Shown here: positions 49,467 to 58,770 of the stretch, piece by piece
How the letters are laid out: each line of letters begins with the position of its first letter
Numbering within the stretch: the stretch's first letter is position 1
Source of the DNA: Candidatus Thorarchaeota archaeon
GTDB lineage: Archaea > Asgardarchaeota > Thorarchaeia > Thorarchaeales > Thorarchaeaceae
Assembly: GCA_046758445.1 (NCBI GenBank)
Contig: JBHIAE010000001.1
Span: 96,001-160,000 of the forward strand
Direction of reading: 5' to 3'
Length of the DNA: 64,000 nucleotides
Notes under the pieces: model-generated
Seen by the model: the letters and a program-made list of their open reading frames with translations, nothing else
Database searches by the model: none
Told to the model about the DNA's origin: nothing
Made by a program: the position numbers and the translations under genes

Positions 49467-50467
49467 GCTTGTTTCTCCCTCTGTGCTGCATTCTTCTCGA
49501 TTGCCTTCCGGATGAGCTCGACAGATCTTTCTAGGGCGTGATCTCTGTTCTTCGTCCCATTCGCACCTGCAGCGTTTGCGTGTCCACCGCCCTCACCGCC
49601 AATCAGCTCGCCTATTGGTTCCATAACATCAGTGCCTAGGTTCACATCCGTTTCTTCAGAGAATTTGCGAGTACTGCGGGAGCTGATTCTGACTCTACCA
49701 CTTGAAGTTACCCCGCCGACTATGGCAGCGTCTGCGCCGAGCTCCAGGAGGCCACGGCAGGCACTGGCCTCATAGGCTTTCACTCTGGATGTAACAACTA
49801 TCCAATCATCTATCGTGTGAAGCTTAAGCCTTCCAGCAGCTTTGATTCTGGCAATCCTCTCAGACCTTTCTGGTCTGATTATCAACGAGTTCACACATGT
49901 CTGGTAGTCAGCCCCTGCCTCTACCAGTTTCAGAGCCACCTCCAGTGCGTCCTCCCCTGAGTGGAAGAAACGTCTTGAGTCAAAGAGTATACCAGTAAGG
50001 AGTAGATTGGCGGTCACGGTGTCTGGCTCGACATTCAGCTCCTCGAAAAGTTCAAAGACCATCTCACAAGTTGACGATGCCTTCGTGTTGATGAGCGTGT
50101 GTTGTGCAATCGTCTGAATATCAGGGTTTTCTTCGTGGTGGTCAATTACTAGTGTTCGAGAAGGGTCTCCAAGAAGATTAGCTACACGTGGGCCGAGTTG
50201 AGATTTACTATTGGTATCAACAAGGATTGTCAAATCGTGCACCTTCTTAGAGAACTCGTGGATTTCTTTGGATAGCTCAAGGGTGTCTAGGACCTGATTG
50301 GACAGCTTGCTAACATCCTCACAGACTAGGGTAGGATTCCCTTGAGGATTGATGCTTAGATAGAGCGATCTTGCCGCAAGCATGGAACAGACTGCATCAG
50401 GGTCTGCATTTTGGTGCCCTATGATAATTGGGCGAGATGACTGAGCAAGAATAGCTCTAACATTCAA
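49439..50467 (-). CDS. DHH/DHHA1 phosphoesterase
   Basis: HQNADPD, IDHH, GGGHANAAG. Confidence 0.92.
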   Translation of the reverse strand: MNVRAILAQSSRPIIIGHQNADPDAVCSMLAARSLYLSINPQGNPTLVCEDVSKLSNQVLDTLELSKEIHEFSKKVHDLTILVDTNSKSQLGPRVANLLGDPSRTLVIDHHEENPDIQTIAQHTLINTKASSTCEMVFELFEELNVEPDTVTANLLLTGILFDSRRFFHSGEDALEVALKLVEAGADYQTCVNSLIIRPERSERIARIKAAGRLKLHTIDDWIVVTSRVKAYEASACRGLLELGADAAIVGGVTSSGRVRISSRSTRKFSEETDVNLGTDVMEPIGELIGGEGGGHANAAGANGTKNRDHALERSVELIRKAIEKNAAQREKQAWEAADPWR

Positions 50468-50775
50468 TTAGCTTTCAACTCCCTGAGTCGCCTATCTAGC
50501 CAGTCTGTCCCGTGATCGGTGGCCTCCCTGAGGAGTCCATCGAGCTCTAGTCCAGTATCATAGCTCTGCACCAAGTCTAGCTGCACGTCAAGTTGAAGCC
50601 CAGTCCCCAGCTCTATGGCACAGCTGACGAACATTTCCTCAATGCTCTTCTTTGGAACTCTACGAAGGATGAACTTGGTTATCTCAGCTTGGCACTCCTC
50701 GGCCAAACTCTCAATATCATCCTCGCTGAGATCGGGCAGGCCAATCTCAACAGGCTCGTGACTCATCTCCCTCAC
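50464..50775 (-). CDS. DUF3194-like protein
   Basis: IGLPDLSEDDIE N-terminus; position after pfdB typical of the archaeal superoperon. Confidence 0.7.
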   Translation of the reverse strand: MREMSHEPVEIGLPDLSEDDIESLAEECQAEITKFILRRVPKKSIEEMFVSCAIELGTGLQLDVQLDLVQSYDTGLELDGLLREATDHGTDWLDRRLRELKAN

Positions 50776-51134
50776 TGAACCTTAAGATCACGCTTGGCCA
50801 GTTCGAGTTCAATCTTGGTCTGTAGCTCTTTCAGTTGTTCACCAAGCTTCTGGACTTGCTTGTTCGTGGATGCAAGTCGCATCTCGAGAGTCTTCTCCTT
50901 ATCGTCCAACTCCTCAACGAGCTTTGTCTTTTCCATTCGAAACATGACTTGTCCTACAGCCTTGTAGGTGACCACGTCATCGGGTTGTTTTCTTAGCTCC
51001 TCAAGGGTAGCCTTGACTTCTCCAAGCTCAGACTGCATTGTCTGACTCATCGCCAGCAAGGTTTCATGGTTACGCCTCATTGAATCGAACTTCTGGAGCT
51101 CTTGTTCAAGCGCAGGCGGGATTCTCTGGGCCAT
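50772..51134 (-). CDS. pfdB: Prefoldin beta subunit
   Basis: Coiled coils flanking the TYKAVGQVMF hairpin. Confidence 0.92.
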   Translation of the reverse strand: MAQRIPPALEQELQKFDSMRRNHETLLAMSQTMQSELGEVKATLEELRKQPDDVVTYKAVGQVMFRMEKTKLVEELDDKEKTLEMRLASTNKQVQKLGEQLKELQTKIELELAKRDLKVQ

Positions 51135-51512
51135 ATTCTTCCAACTCTCTCTTTCATTGAATGTTGTGTCCGAGTGCGCGTTCTGGGCTGTGACTTAAGG
51201 GTTTTTGCGAAGGGAACAAGTAGCTAAGACTTGGTTCCGAATTACCAGGACTGATAATCCGGGTTTTGTTAGTACAACTGTGTCATGTTTCGCAGAATCT
51301 GCCAAACCTAAACCATCTTTTTGTTCAAGCAATCGATGGTAAGATTAATCAACAAGTGGATACGCGCCATCTATTGGATGGCAATGGATCCGTTCCATGG
51401 TATCATTAACAGCCGATGATAGGACTGGATTGGGTAAGTCGCTCTGCGTATCTGTGAGCATTGGAAGGGTGCATTTCCAGCTCCAGTATACTAGGGAGGA
51501 GATGTCGCTGCG

Positions 51513-51821
51513 ATGACCGAAGAAGAAACCTTTGTTAGCGCAAAGATGATGCTTGTATCTGCGATAGTGGCGACTTGCCTTTCATTCATATTCGCTCTCT
51601 ATGCTCTCTCAGGTGCATATGGTTACGAACGCGTCTTCGTCACGACATGGCACTTCGTTAGCTCTCTAGCTGTCTCAGCGTTCTTATGGTTGGAGGTAGC
51701 GAAGAAGAAAAAGAAGACCAACAAGCAGTGGACGAGATACATCGAAGCGGCGCTATTTGTCGTTGTGTGTGTTTCTGCTGGTCTGCTAATCGCGTCATAC
51801 CTTCTCCTACCCTATAACTAA
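51513..51821 (+). CDS. Hypothetical 3-TM membrane protein
   Basis: GGAGG SD; three hydrophobic helices. Confidence 0.6.
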   Translation: MTEEETFVSAKMMLVSAIVATCLSFIFALYALSGAYGYERVFVTTWHFVSSLAVSAFLWLEVAKKKKKTNKQWTRYIEAALFVVVCVSAGLLIASYLLLPYN

Positions 51822-52069
51822 GTAATCACCACCATTCTCACATGGGCTTCCTGTCTGAAGGAGTGCAGCGACAAATGAACGGGTTGATAATGCAGTGACC
51901 AGAATTGTAGCAATGTGGGCAGACAGATGCTCCAGCCAACATTGACAAGTCGCCTGTGAAGTTCCTCACTGGATCTTCTCTCTCATCTCTGTCAACATCT
52001 GGATGACTGCTCGACAGGTATGCTGGGTGGACTGCTTAGACCTGGTGTCCAAGTTTGTCCACGAGACAA

Positions 52070-52342
52070 TCAACGGGCTTGGCTTGTGACTGACTCGATA
52101 GATTCGACGCAGGCTGACACCCAAGCTATGTAGGAGTTCATTGCAGCCCTCAGAGATGTGAGGTCTCCTGCAGTGATATCTATCACGAGCGTTTCGTTTC
52201 TACCAGATACCCGGGCTTGGGCTCTATCAGAGGGCGCAGAGTCAGTTTCGGGCTCTAGTGCAGAACGCACTGTTTCTGCAATCTCGGGCGTTTCCATGGG
52301 AATCTCAATCACTGCATGACCGTTGACAGCTTCAGCACACAA
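52070..52342 (-). CDS. pcc1: KEOPS subunit Pcc1
   Basis: ALEPE...ITAGDLTSLRAAMNSY; TTG 52342 after GGAGG. Confidence 0.88.
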   Translation of the reverse strand: MCAEAVNGHAVIEIPMETPEIAETVRSALEPETDSAPSDRAQARVSGRNETLVIDITAGDLTSLRAAMNSYIAWVSACVESIESVTSQAR

Positions 52343-52347
52343 GAGCC

Positions 52348-52902
52348 CTACCTCCTGATCTCGACAATTCTGATTCGTGGACCGATCTCCTGTGCATTGA
52401 GCGTATGGTAGTGGGTCCAAAGAATCTTTCCGCCACCGAGGTCCTCGATTCTGATCTCCACCATGTTAGTGCCCTCAAGGCCAACGAGTACAGGGCCGTC
52501 AGATTCGACTACTCTATGATTCATCAGAGCCGCAATGAAACCAGCGAAGTGTTTGGCAACGCCTGATGATTCCTTCCCAACTGTTACCGTGCTGACAGAA
52601 ACTATTCTCAGTCCCTTAGACGACAACAACTCACGACGAAGCGTGGCACTCTCAATCTTGAGTGCAAGAAGATTCTCTCCCGTAGGAGAGACAAACTGGA
52701 TGATTCTGGGATTGCCTTTCCAGAGAGAAACAACCAATGCCATCTTTGCACCAGACTGATGGATGCGAGCGACTAGCTCCGCCATGCTCATCCCGCCGCG
52801 GTTGAAGCGTTCGGTACCTGGAAGAACTGTCCAAAGGTCTCGAACGAAGGAGCGAACTCTATTCGATGTCTTCCGAGAAGTAGTTAGCAAGGCAAGAGGC
52901 AA
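52348..52902 (-). CDS. Brix-domain ribosome biogenesis protein
   Basis: TTSRKTSNRVRSF, NRG, KGNP, EIGPR. Confidence 0.88.
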   Translation of the reverse strand: MPLALLTTSRKTSNRVRSFVRDLWTVLPGTERFNRGGMSMAELVARIHQSGAKMALVVSLWKGNPRIIQFVSPTGENLLALKIESATLRRELLSSKGLRIVSVSTVTVGKESSGVAKHFAGFIAALMNHRVVESDGPVLVGLEGTNMVEIRIEDLGGGKILWTHYHTLNAQEIGPRIRIVEIRR

Positions 52903-52931
52903 AGCAGTTCACTTGCCCAGTTGATGGTCTT

Positions 52932-53342
52932 CTATTCCTTCTTCTCCGACTCTTCGGGAGGGGCGCTATCTTCGGAATCAACAGTGACTGCGACTATGAC
53001 ATCCTCTTCTTCAACGTTAGGAAGGAACTCTTCGGGCTCCACTAGCTCCTCATCATCCCTCAGTGCCAAGAAGTCACCGGCTACTCTTTGGGCAATTGCT
53101 CGTTTTGCTGCCTTGCCAGCATCAGTGTATGGGACATAGGCTCCGCCAGCAAAACTCAATCCACACTTCTTGCATTTCCAGAGACCTACTGCTTCTCTCG
53201 CAAGAGCCCGTGTGGCACACGCAGGACAGCGATGTGGCTCTGAGCGCCTCTTTTCTATGTCAAGCACTCTACGACGTAGCTTGGCCCCGTATCTTGAGCC
53301 AAACCTGCCCGTGCTACCAACTTTCTTGGTCTTTCTTCCCAA
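52932..53342 (-). CDS. rpl37ae: 50S ribosomal protein eL43 (L37ae) with acidic tail
   Basis: GRFGSRYG, CPAC...WKCKKC, FAGGAY. Confidence 0.95.
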   Translation of the reverse strand: MGRKTKKVGSTGRFGSRYGAKLRRRVLDIEKRRSEPHRCPACATRALAREAVGLWKCKKCGLSFAGGAYVPYTDAGKAAKRAIAQRVAGDFLALRDDEELVEPEEFLPNVEEEDVIVAVTVDSEDSAPPEESEKKE

Positions 53343-53472
53343 AGCTGTAGTCTCCTGGTTCTTTCTGGGACTCCGATCCCATCCCCTGATGCTCGGAGTC
53401 TATCAGTCGCCCATCGATTTCGCTTATTAGCATATCTATCGGTGAAGAGAACGGAGAAGGTCCCTATACTGG

Positions 53473-54309
53473 CTAGGACTCCTTCTTTGCCGCCTTCACA
53501 GTTTCCTTGACTAGTTTGCGAATCTCTTTCGTACTTTCTAGAGCCATGCTCATTGATTGGTCAATCAAATCAAGAGACATAGGTCCTGTTCCGCCGCCCT
53601 TTTGCATGGCCGTGAAGTTGTCGTTCTGATCTACAGCCATGGTCAGACGACAGTCTTGGACCATCTCTTCCTTGATGTGTGGGTCTATCACTAGATGCTC
53701 TCCAATCTTGGACACGGTGTGTTCGATGGCCATGTTCTGCAGTGGCAAAGCAACCTCCTTACCCGTTGGCACAGCTTGGTCGTCTTCCCATTTCATCTCA
53801 GGGTATTTCGTGCCAAGCATGGCAGCGTTTGCAGCAATCGAACAGGCATCTATTAGGTTTCCGTCATACTCCAAGGTATAGAGGTCAACGAAGCACATCA
53901 GAACCTTCTTACCAGGTTCAATGCAGAGCTTCTTGGTATCCACTGTTTCGGACTCTCTAACACCTCTATCGACGACTCTTGCGAGCTCAATGGCCGGTTC
54001 CTTTGGCGGGCCCAACTCGAATAGTGGAGATGCGATTGGAGCAAGCTCTGCCGTGACCATAATGACTCCTTCATCAGGAGTGTCCGGATATGGTTCACCA
54101 AGCAGTACTTTTACTCCGGCCACTACGCTTGTGCCACCTAAGCGTACAATGGCGGACCCTTCAGCCTTTGCAGAAACTGGGTCAGGCTCGATTGTGATTG
54201 GCCTATACTCGTCAAATGCTCTACCGTCGACTCTTTCACCCTTCTTCAGAAGGTCAGCTATGTAGTTCCTGTCGATGTGACTGATTACCTCTGCGCTAAA
54301 ATCACCCAT
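53473..54309 (-). CDS. rrp42: Exosome subunit Rrp42
   Basis: RVDGR, AEGSA, ELARVVDRGVRE, DGNLIDA. Confidence 0.95.
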   Translation of the reverse strand: MGDFSAEVISHIDRNYIADLLKKGERVDGRAFDEYRPITIEPDPVSAKAEGSAIVRLGGTSVVAGVKVLLGEPYPDTPDEGVIMVTAELAPIASPLFELGPPKEPAIELARVVDRGVRESETVDTKKLCIEPGKKVLMCFVDLYTLEYDGNLIDACSIAANAAMLGTKYPEMKWEDDQAVPTGKEVALPLQNMAIEHTVSKIGEHLVIDPHIKEEMVQDCRLTMAVDQNDNFTAMQKGGGTGPMSLDLIDQSMSMALESTKEIRKLVKETVKAAKKES

Positions 54310-54310
54310 T

Positions 54311-55123
54311 CTATTCATCCCCCTCTATATCTGCCTCTCCGAGGTCCGGCTCGAGGTCGTCATCATAATCGTCCGCGTCCTCTCCTTCCTCGTCCGACCC
54401 TTTCCTAGCATAGGATCGCTTGAGAGCATCCTTCTGCAACTCGTGTATGTATTTGCAGGCATTCACGCCCATCTCCATAGACTCAAGAAGTTCTTCGCGT
54501 GTGAAGGAGCCATCTTGCTGGAGTAGAGTAATCTCATTGGTGCGGGGCAGAATGGCCATGGGAATATCTCCTTGACCATACTTGTCTTCTTCATCACCAA
54601 GATCCACAATCAATGTGCCTTCGGCTTTACCAACTGCTACTGATGGCACGAGAGCCTTCATTGGTATCCCAGCATCAGCGAGAGCCAGAGAAGCCGCGTT
54701 GATCGCTGCACATCGCGTGCCCCCGTCCGCCTGGATCACTTGGATGAACACATCAACCACCGCTTTCGGAAACTCTTGCAAGAAGAGGGCCGGTTGAAGA
54801 GCGTTAGCAATGACCATTGAAATCTCTCTCTCTCGACGAGAGGGAGCTGGCCTCTTCCTGTCTGGCACTGAAAACGTGGCCATTCTGTAGACGACTCTCA
54901 GATATGCCCTGTCGTTGAGTGTGAGATGCCTAGGATGCAATTCACGGGGCCCATAGACAGCCGCTAGGATGTAGGTCTTTCCTTGTCTAATGGATGCAGA
55001 CCCATCAGCCGTCTTTAGCACGCCAACTTCCATCTGTATTGGCCGTAGTTCGTCAGGTCTTCTACCATCAAATCGAAGGCCCTCTGCGTTCAAAAGAGAT
55101 TCGGGCCTCTGTTCTGGACTCAT
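54311..55123 (-). CDS. rrp41: Exosome subunit Rrp41
   Basis: RFDGRRPDELRP, PSRRERE, QADGGTR. Confidence 0.96.
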   Translation of the reverse strand: MSPEQRPESLLNAEGLRFDGRRPDELRPIQMEVGVLKTADGSASIRQGKTYILAAVYGPRELHPRHLTLNDRAYLRVVYRMATFSVPDRKRPAPSRREREISMVIANALQPALFLQEFPKAVVDVFIQVIQADGGTRCAAINAASLALADAGIPMKALVPSVAVGKAEGTLIVDLGDEEDKYGQGDIPMAILPRTNEITLLQQDGSFTREELLESMEMGVNACKYIHELQKDALKRSYARKGSDEEGEDADDYDDDLEPDLGEADIEGDE

Positions 55124-55995
55124 TATTCACTCACTTCCTCCTTGTCTTTCACTTCTTTATCATCAGTTTCACTTGCTTCATCATCTTTCTTTTCTACAAT
55201 AGAATCTGTGGTTTCCTCGGCCACCGTTTCATCTTGAGAACCTTCTGTCGTCACAGGCTCACTCGTTTCTTCCACAACTGCCGAGGTTTCAGTCGGTTTC
55301 TTCTTGCCGCTCAACCGGGACATTTCTTCCGCAAGCATCTCCTTGACTCTATCCGTGAGCTTTGAGGTATGAGCCTGAGCCTCTATCATTTTGAAGGCTC
55401 TAATCGCCAGGCGTAGCACTTCCGTGTTAGGAGCACGTATCCAGATTCGGCCGTTTTGGCCGACCATAGTCTGAATTCCAGTCTGGTCCTTGATCATGTT
55501 GATCATGGAGCCTCTCCTACCGATGACCCGTGGTATCTTCGCCGGGCTAAGCTTCAAAATCATTCCGTCCGTGAGCTTCCGCAGTCCGCGTCCCTTCATG
55601 CCGAGGAATGGGCCAGTAGCTCTATCATATGCTATGACCTCTGCTGCAATCACATCACCAATGTCCATGTACTGAGATATGTCGTCGGCGTAAGGTCTTC
55701 GAAGGGCATTGTTCGCGTGAAGAGATGCGATGTATGGCGAGTCGATGTCTACCTTCCAATTGTTACCGGCTACTACTGTGATAGTGCCGAGCACTAGGTC
55801 ACCTTCTCGAGGAATGTAGACTCCTTCGAGTGCCACCACCTTCACCGTGTTCCCACGCAACTCGGCTAGTCCAACCAAGGTCGAGTAGATCTTACCCTCT
55901 TCATCACTCCAGGTCCCATACGAGGCTCGATATCTGCCCTCGGCTAACAACTGTCCTGGGACCACAACTTCTCGTTTTTGAAAATATACTGCCAA
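55123..55995 (-). CDS. rrp4: Exosome cap subunit Rrp4
   Basis: VVPGQ, YIPREGDLV (S1), PRVIGRRGSMI (KH), GQNGRIW. Confidence 0.95.
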   Translation of the reverse strand: MAVYFQKREVVVPGQLLAEGRYRASYGTWSDEEGKIYSTLVGLAELRGNTVKVVALEGVYIPREGDLVLGTITVVAGNNWKVDIDSPYIASLHANNALRRPYADDISQYMDIGDVIAAEVIAYDRATGPFLGMKGRGLRKLTDGMILKLSPAKIPRVIGRRGSMINMIKDQTGIQTMVGQNGRIWIRAPNTEVLRLAIRAFKMIEAQAHTSKLTDRVKEMLAEEMSRLSGKKKPTETSAVVEETSEPVTTEGSQDETVAEETTDSIVEKKDDEASETDDKEVKDKEEVSE

Positions 55996-56049
55996 TGTAT
56001 TCCCTCATTCCAAATCTTTGTATTGAATCATAATGTAACGTCTGTTCCA

Positions 56050-56775
56050 TCATCGAACGGTTTCTATCTTCACTTGCCCCTTACAGAGTTTGTTTAGGTC
56101 GTCGTACAGATCCTGTCTCTTTGAGGCAGGTATCTCAATCAACCCAGACCAAGAGCCATCCTGGGACCATTCCTCAGACTTGATGACCCCAGTCTTCGCA
56201 ATCATGTTGTAACCCTTCCCCGAGAATGCTGCTGGTAACGTGACTTGGAGTTTGACGCTCTCAAATGATATCGGGATGATCACAAGAAGTGCTTTCACGA
56301 TTCCAGGTATCTGCTCGTCAACTTTGATGAAGGGATTGACGCTAACCTTGGCTTCTTCCATTGCCTGTCTAATCCTGTCCGGCGGATGAGGATGTCCTGT
56401 TTGAGGGTTCATAGCCCGCTTGGACAAGTTCTCGATTATTGCCTCTGTCTTCTCCTTGACTAGCTGATTTCGCTGTTCGTGCGTCAGTCTGAACTCGCCT
56501 TTCTTGATGATCTCTGAAGCTATCTGGAACACATCCGACGTCCCAAACTCTTCTGCAGCGAGATCTTCAGAGGCTCGCTCACCTCTCTTGGCATCCTCGT
56601 AGATATCGTAGCTCTTCAGAATGTCCTCTACGGGAATGTCTGCTCCTCTCCTATACTCGAAGGCAAGATCAGGATCGACAAAGAGCTCGAATCTTAGATG
56701 CCCTTTCTTCATTCCAATGACTACTGCATCCAGCTCTAGCCACTTCTCTCCGGACTTCTTCCCCGAGCCCATCAA
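56050..56775 (-). CDS. Ribosome maturation factor SBDS/Sdo1
   Basis: RFELFVDP, FGT, NPQTGHPHPPDRI. Confidence 0.95.
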   Translation of the reverse strand: MMGSGKKSGEKWLELDAVVIGMKKGHLRFELFVDPDLAFEYRRGADIPVEDILKSYDIYEDAKRGERASEDLAAEEFGTSDVFQIASEIIKKGEFRLTHEQRNQLVKEKTEAIIENLSKRAMNPQTGHPHPPDRIRQAMEEAKVSVNPFIKVDEQIPGIVKALLVIIPISFESVKLQVTLPAAFSGKGYNMIAKTGVIKSEEWSQDGSWSGLIEIPASKRQDLYDDLNKLCKGQVKIETVR

Positions 56776-56789
56776 ACGGCATTCATCTC

Positions 56790-57536
56790 CTACTCTGGTG
56801 CCTTAGCTCTGGACGGCTTCAGAAAGGCTTCCTTCTCATCATGCGTGAGTTTGTAGAACACGCCTGTGGTCGTTGGTATTCGCGCAATCTCTACGTTGTC
56901 AGAAGTCAGCTCGGCATCTGTTGCCTGTCGCAGTGCGTCTAGAGCCAGCTTGGTTGCTTCGTCAAGTGACTGCGTTCTGTTCTTGTTGTACTTGCTCTCA
57001 AGAAGCTCGCCAGCTCGTGCACTTCCCCGACCTATTACAGCGGCCAGGAAGCCCCAGTATGTGCCCACGGGGTCGGTGACAAAGAGCCGTGGGGTTTTGT
57101 CATAGTCAACAGACCCAATTATCATCGCAACTCCATAGGGTCTTCCTCGGGCAGCTTGGGTGAACCTAGCTTTCAAGTCGCAAATATGCTCGGCTAGGGC
57201 TTCGGCAGGTACTGGCTCCTCATAGGTAAGCCAGTACGATTGTGCCTCTCTTCTGGCTTGTTGAACCAACCTACGAGCGTCGGCCATGAAGCCCGATGTT
57301 GCAACTCCAACATGTTCCTCAATCTTGGAAATCTTCTCTACAGAGTCGGGCTCCTGAAGGGGCAATACTCTCTTCTCTGCAAGAAGCACAACACCATCAT
57401 TCACCAGTATGCCTATTGAAGTGGCTCCTTGTTCAACCGCCTTCTTGGCATACTCTGCGGCAAATATGCGTCCATCGGGTGAGAATATGGAAGTGCTTTG
57501 GTCATACCCTTGGCCGCTTATTCCAAATATCGTCAA
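56790..57536 (-). CDS. psmA: 20S proteasome alpha subunit
   Basis: GYD...FSPDGR, EYA, SVEKI, SGFMADAR, RPYGV. Confidence 0.93.
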   Translation of the reverse strand: MTIFGISGQGYDQSTSIFSPDGRIFAAEYAKKAVEQGATSIGILVNDGVVLLAEKRVLPLQEPDSVEKISKIEEHVGVATSGFMADARRLVQQARREAQSYWLTYEEPVPAEALAEHICDLKARFTQAARGRPYGVAMIIGSVDYDKTPRLFVTDPVGTYWGFLAAVIGRGSARAGELLESKYNKNRTQSLDEATKLALDALRQATDAELTSDNVEIARIPTTTGVFYKLTHDEKEAFLKPSRAKAPE

Positions 57537-57784
57537 CGCCTCCGAAAAATCGTCGGGTCTTTTGATGTTCTTGGCACGGTTCTTTCCTCCAAGTAGTCAA
57601 CAATGCAATTTACCGGAAGCCAGAGCCTCTGACTAGTGGGCAACACCTGGCAGTTCCGGAGACTTGTCGTCAAACTGCTTTGTCTTCGCTCGCCCTCGGC
57701 AATTGTGCCAGCCAAGCTTGTTCGGCCTTCGTTGACCTAGGCTCATAAAGCTTCTGGTACACGTCCAAAATCTGGGCTCAAACC

Positions 57785-58201
57785 TCACTCTTGTTGCAAG
57801 AAGTAAAGGTAGACAACAAAGGCAAGTGACAGAAGAAACGTCACCGTTGCAACACCAGAATCGAACATCAGGAAGGTCATAACAGTCACAATTATGACAA
57901 GGAGAATGATCTCTCCCCAGCCTGCTCTGATGTTTGTAATGTAGAGCCTCAGATTGACCACAGTCACTGTGAGAAACACAAAGACGCCGGCCATTATCAG
58001 AATCTCGAGGATGAGCGAGAGGAACGGATTGATGTCATTCAGTGCTCCCACCGGACTGGTGGCGATGACATCAGGTTCTGACCAGACCCAAAAGGCCAGT
58101 CCGAGAATCATCAATAGTGCTGTCAGAACAACAGTCACGACTGTGGATCGTACTATCTCTCTTCTTTCAGGAGCCTCGTACAGGTGAATCTCGTCACTCA
58201 C
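57785..58201 (-). CDS. Hypothetical membrane protein
   Basis: Four hydrophobic helices. Confidence 0.75.
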   Translation of the reverse strand: MSDEIHLYEAPERREIVRSTVVTVVLTALLMILGLAFWVWSEPDVIATSPVGALNDINPFLSLILEILIMAGVFVFLTVTVVNLRLYITNIRAGWGEIILLVIIVTVMTFLMFDSGVATVTFLLSLAFVVYLYFLQQE

Positions 58202-58328
58202 GGTCTCTCACACCGACCTTGGAATCCGAGAAGCCTCCGTTTCGCACTTAAAGATACCGACAGTTCCACTATAGTCCGCCCTTGGTGATGGCACACGAAG
58301 CCGTACTGAGGAGCATGCAGCCCGGGCT

Positions 58329-58637
58329 TCAAATCTTCACAGACGTTCCAAGTCGCATGTTATAGACTTCGAACTCCAGCTCTGTTAGCTCTTCCTGTAT
58401 CTGACGATACTTCTTGTCAAACTCACCTGCACCGATTGTCCCCGCCTTCTTCTCCATGACAAGGCGCTTCAGCTCAGATTGTCGTTCTCTGATTCGCTTC
58501 TTGAGCTCTTCCCATTTCTCACGGTTCGTTGTTATGGAGCTGCCCCAGCTTTCACTTGACTTGGGGTCTTGCTCAAGTCTGTCGACCACATCATCAAGGG
58601 ACTCTTTGATGTTGGCGGGATCCTTCTTCTCTTGCAA
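58329..58637 (-). CDS. Small coiled-coil hypothetical protein
   Basis: Helical charged 102-aa ORF. Confidence 0.65.
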   Translation of the reverse strand: MQEKKDPANIKESLDDVVDRLEQDPKSSESWGSSITTNREKWEELKKRIRERQSELKRLVMEKKAGTIGAGEFDKKYRQIQEELTELEFEVYNMRLGTSVKI

Positions 58638-58770
58638 GTCCTACACCAGTTGAATTCGAGAGCAGATGTGATATATGCATTAGGATTCGGGATTCACAAT
58701 CAAAGATGCATAGATTTGAGGATAAATTGAGCCGCATCAAGCAGAGTCATGGATCTTTGAACGCCTCATT

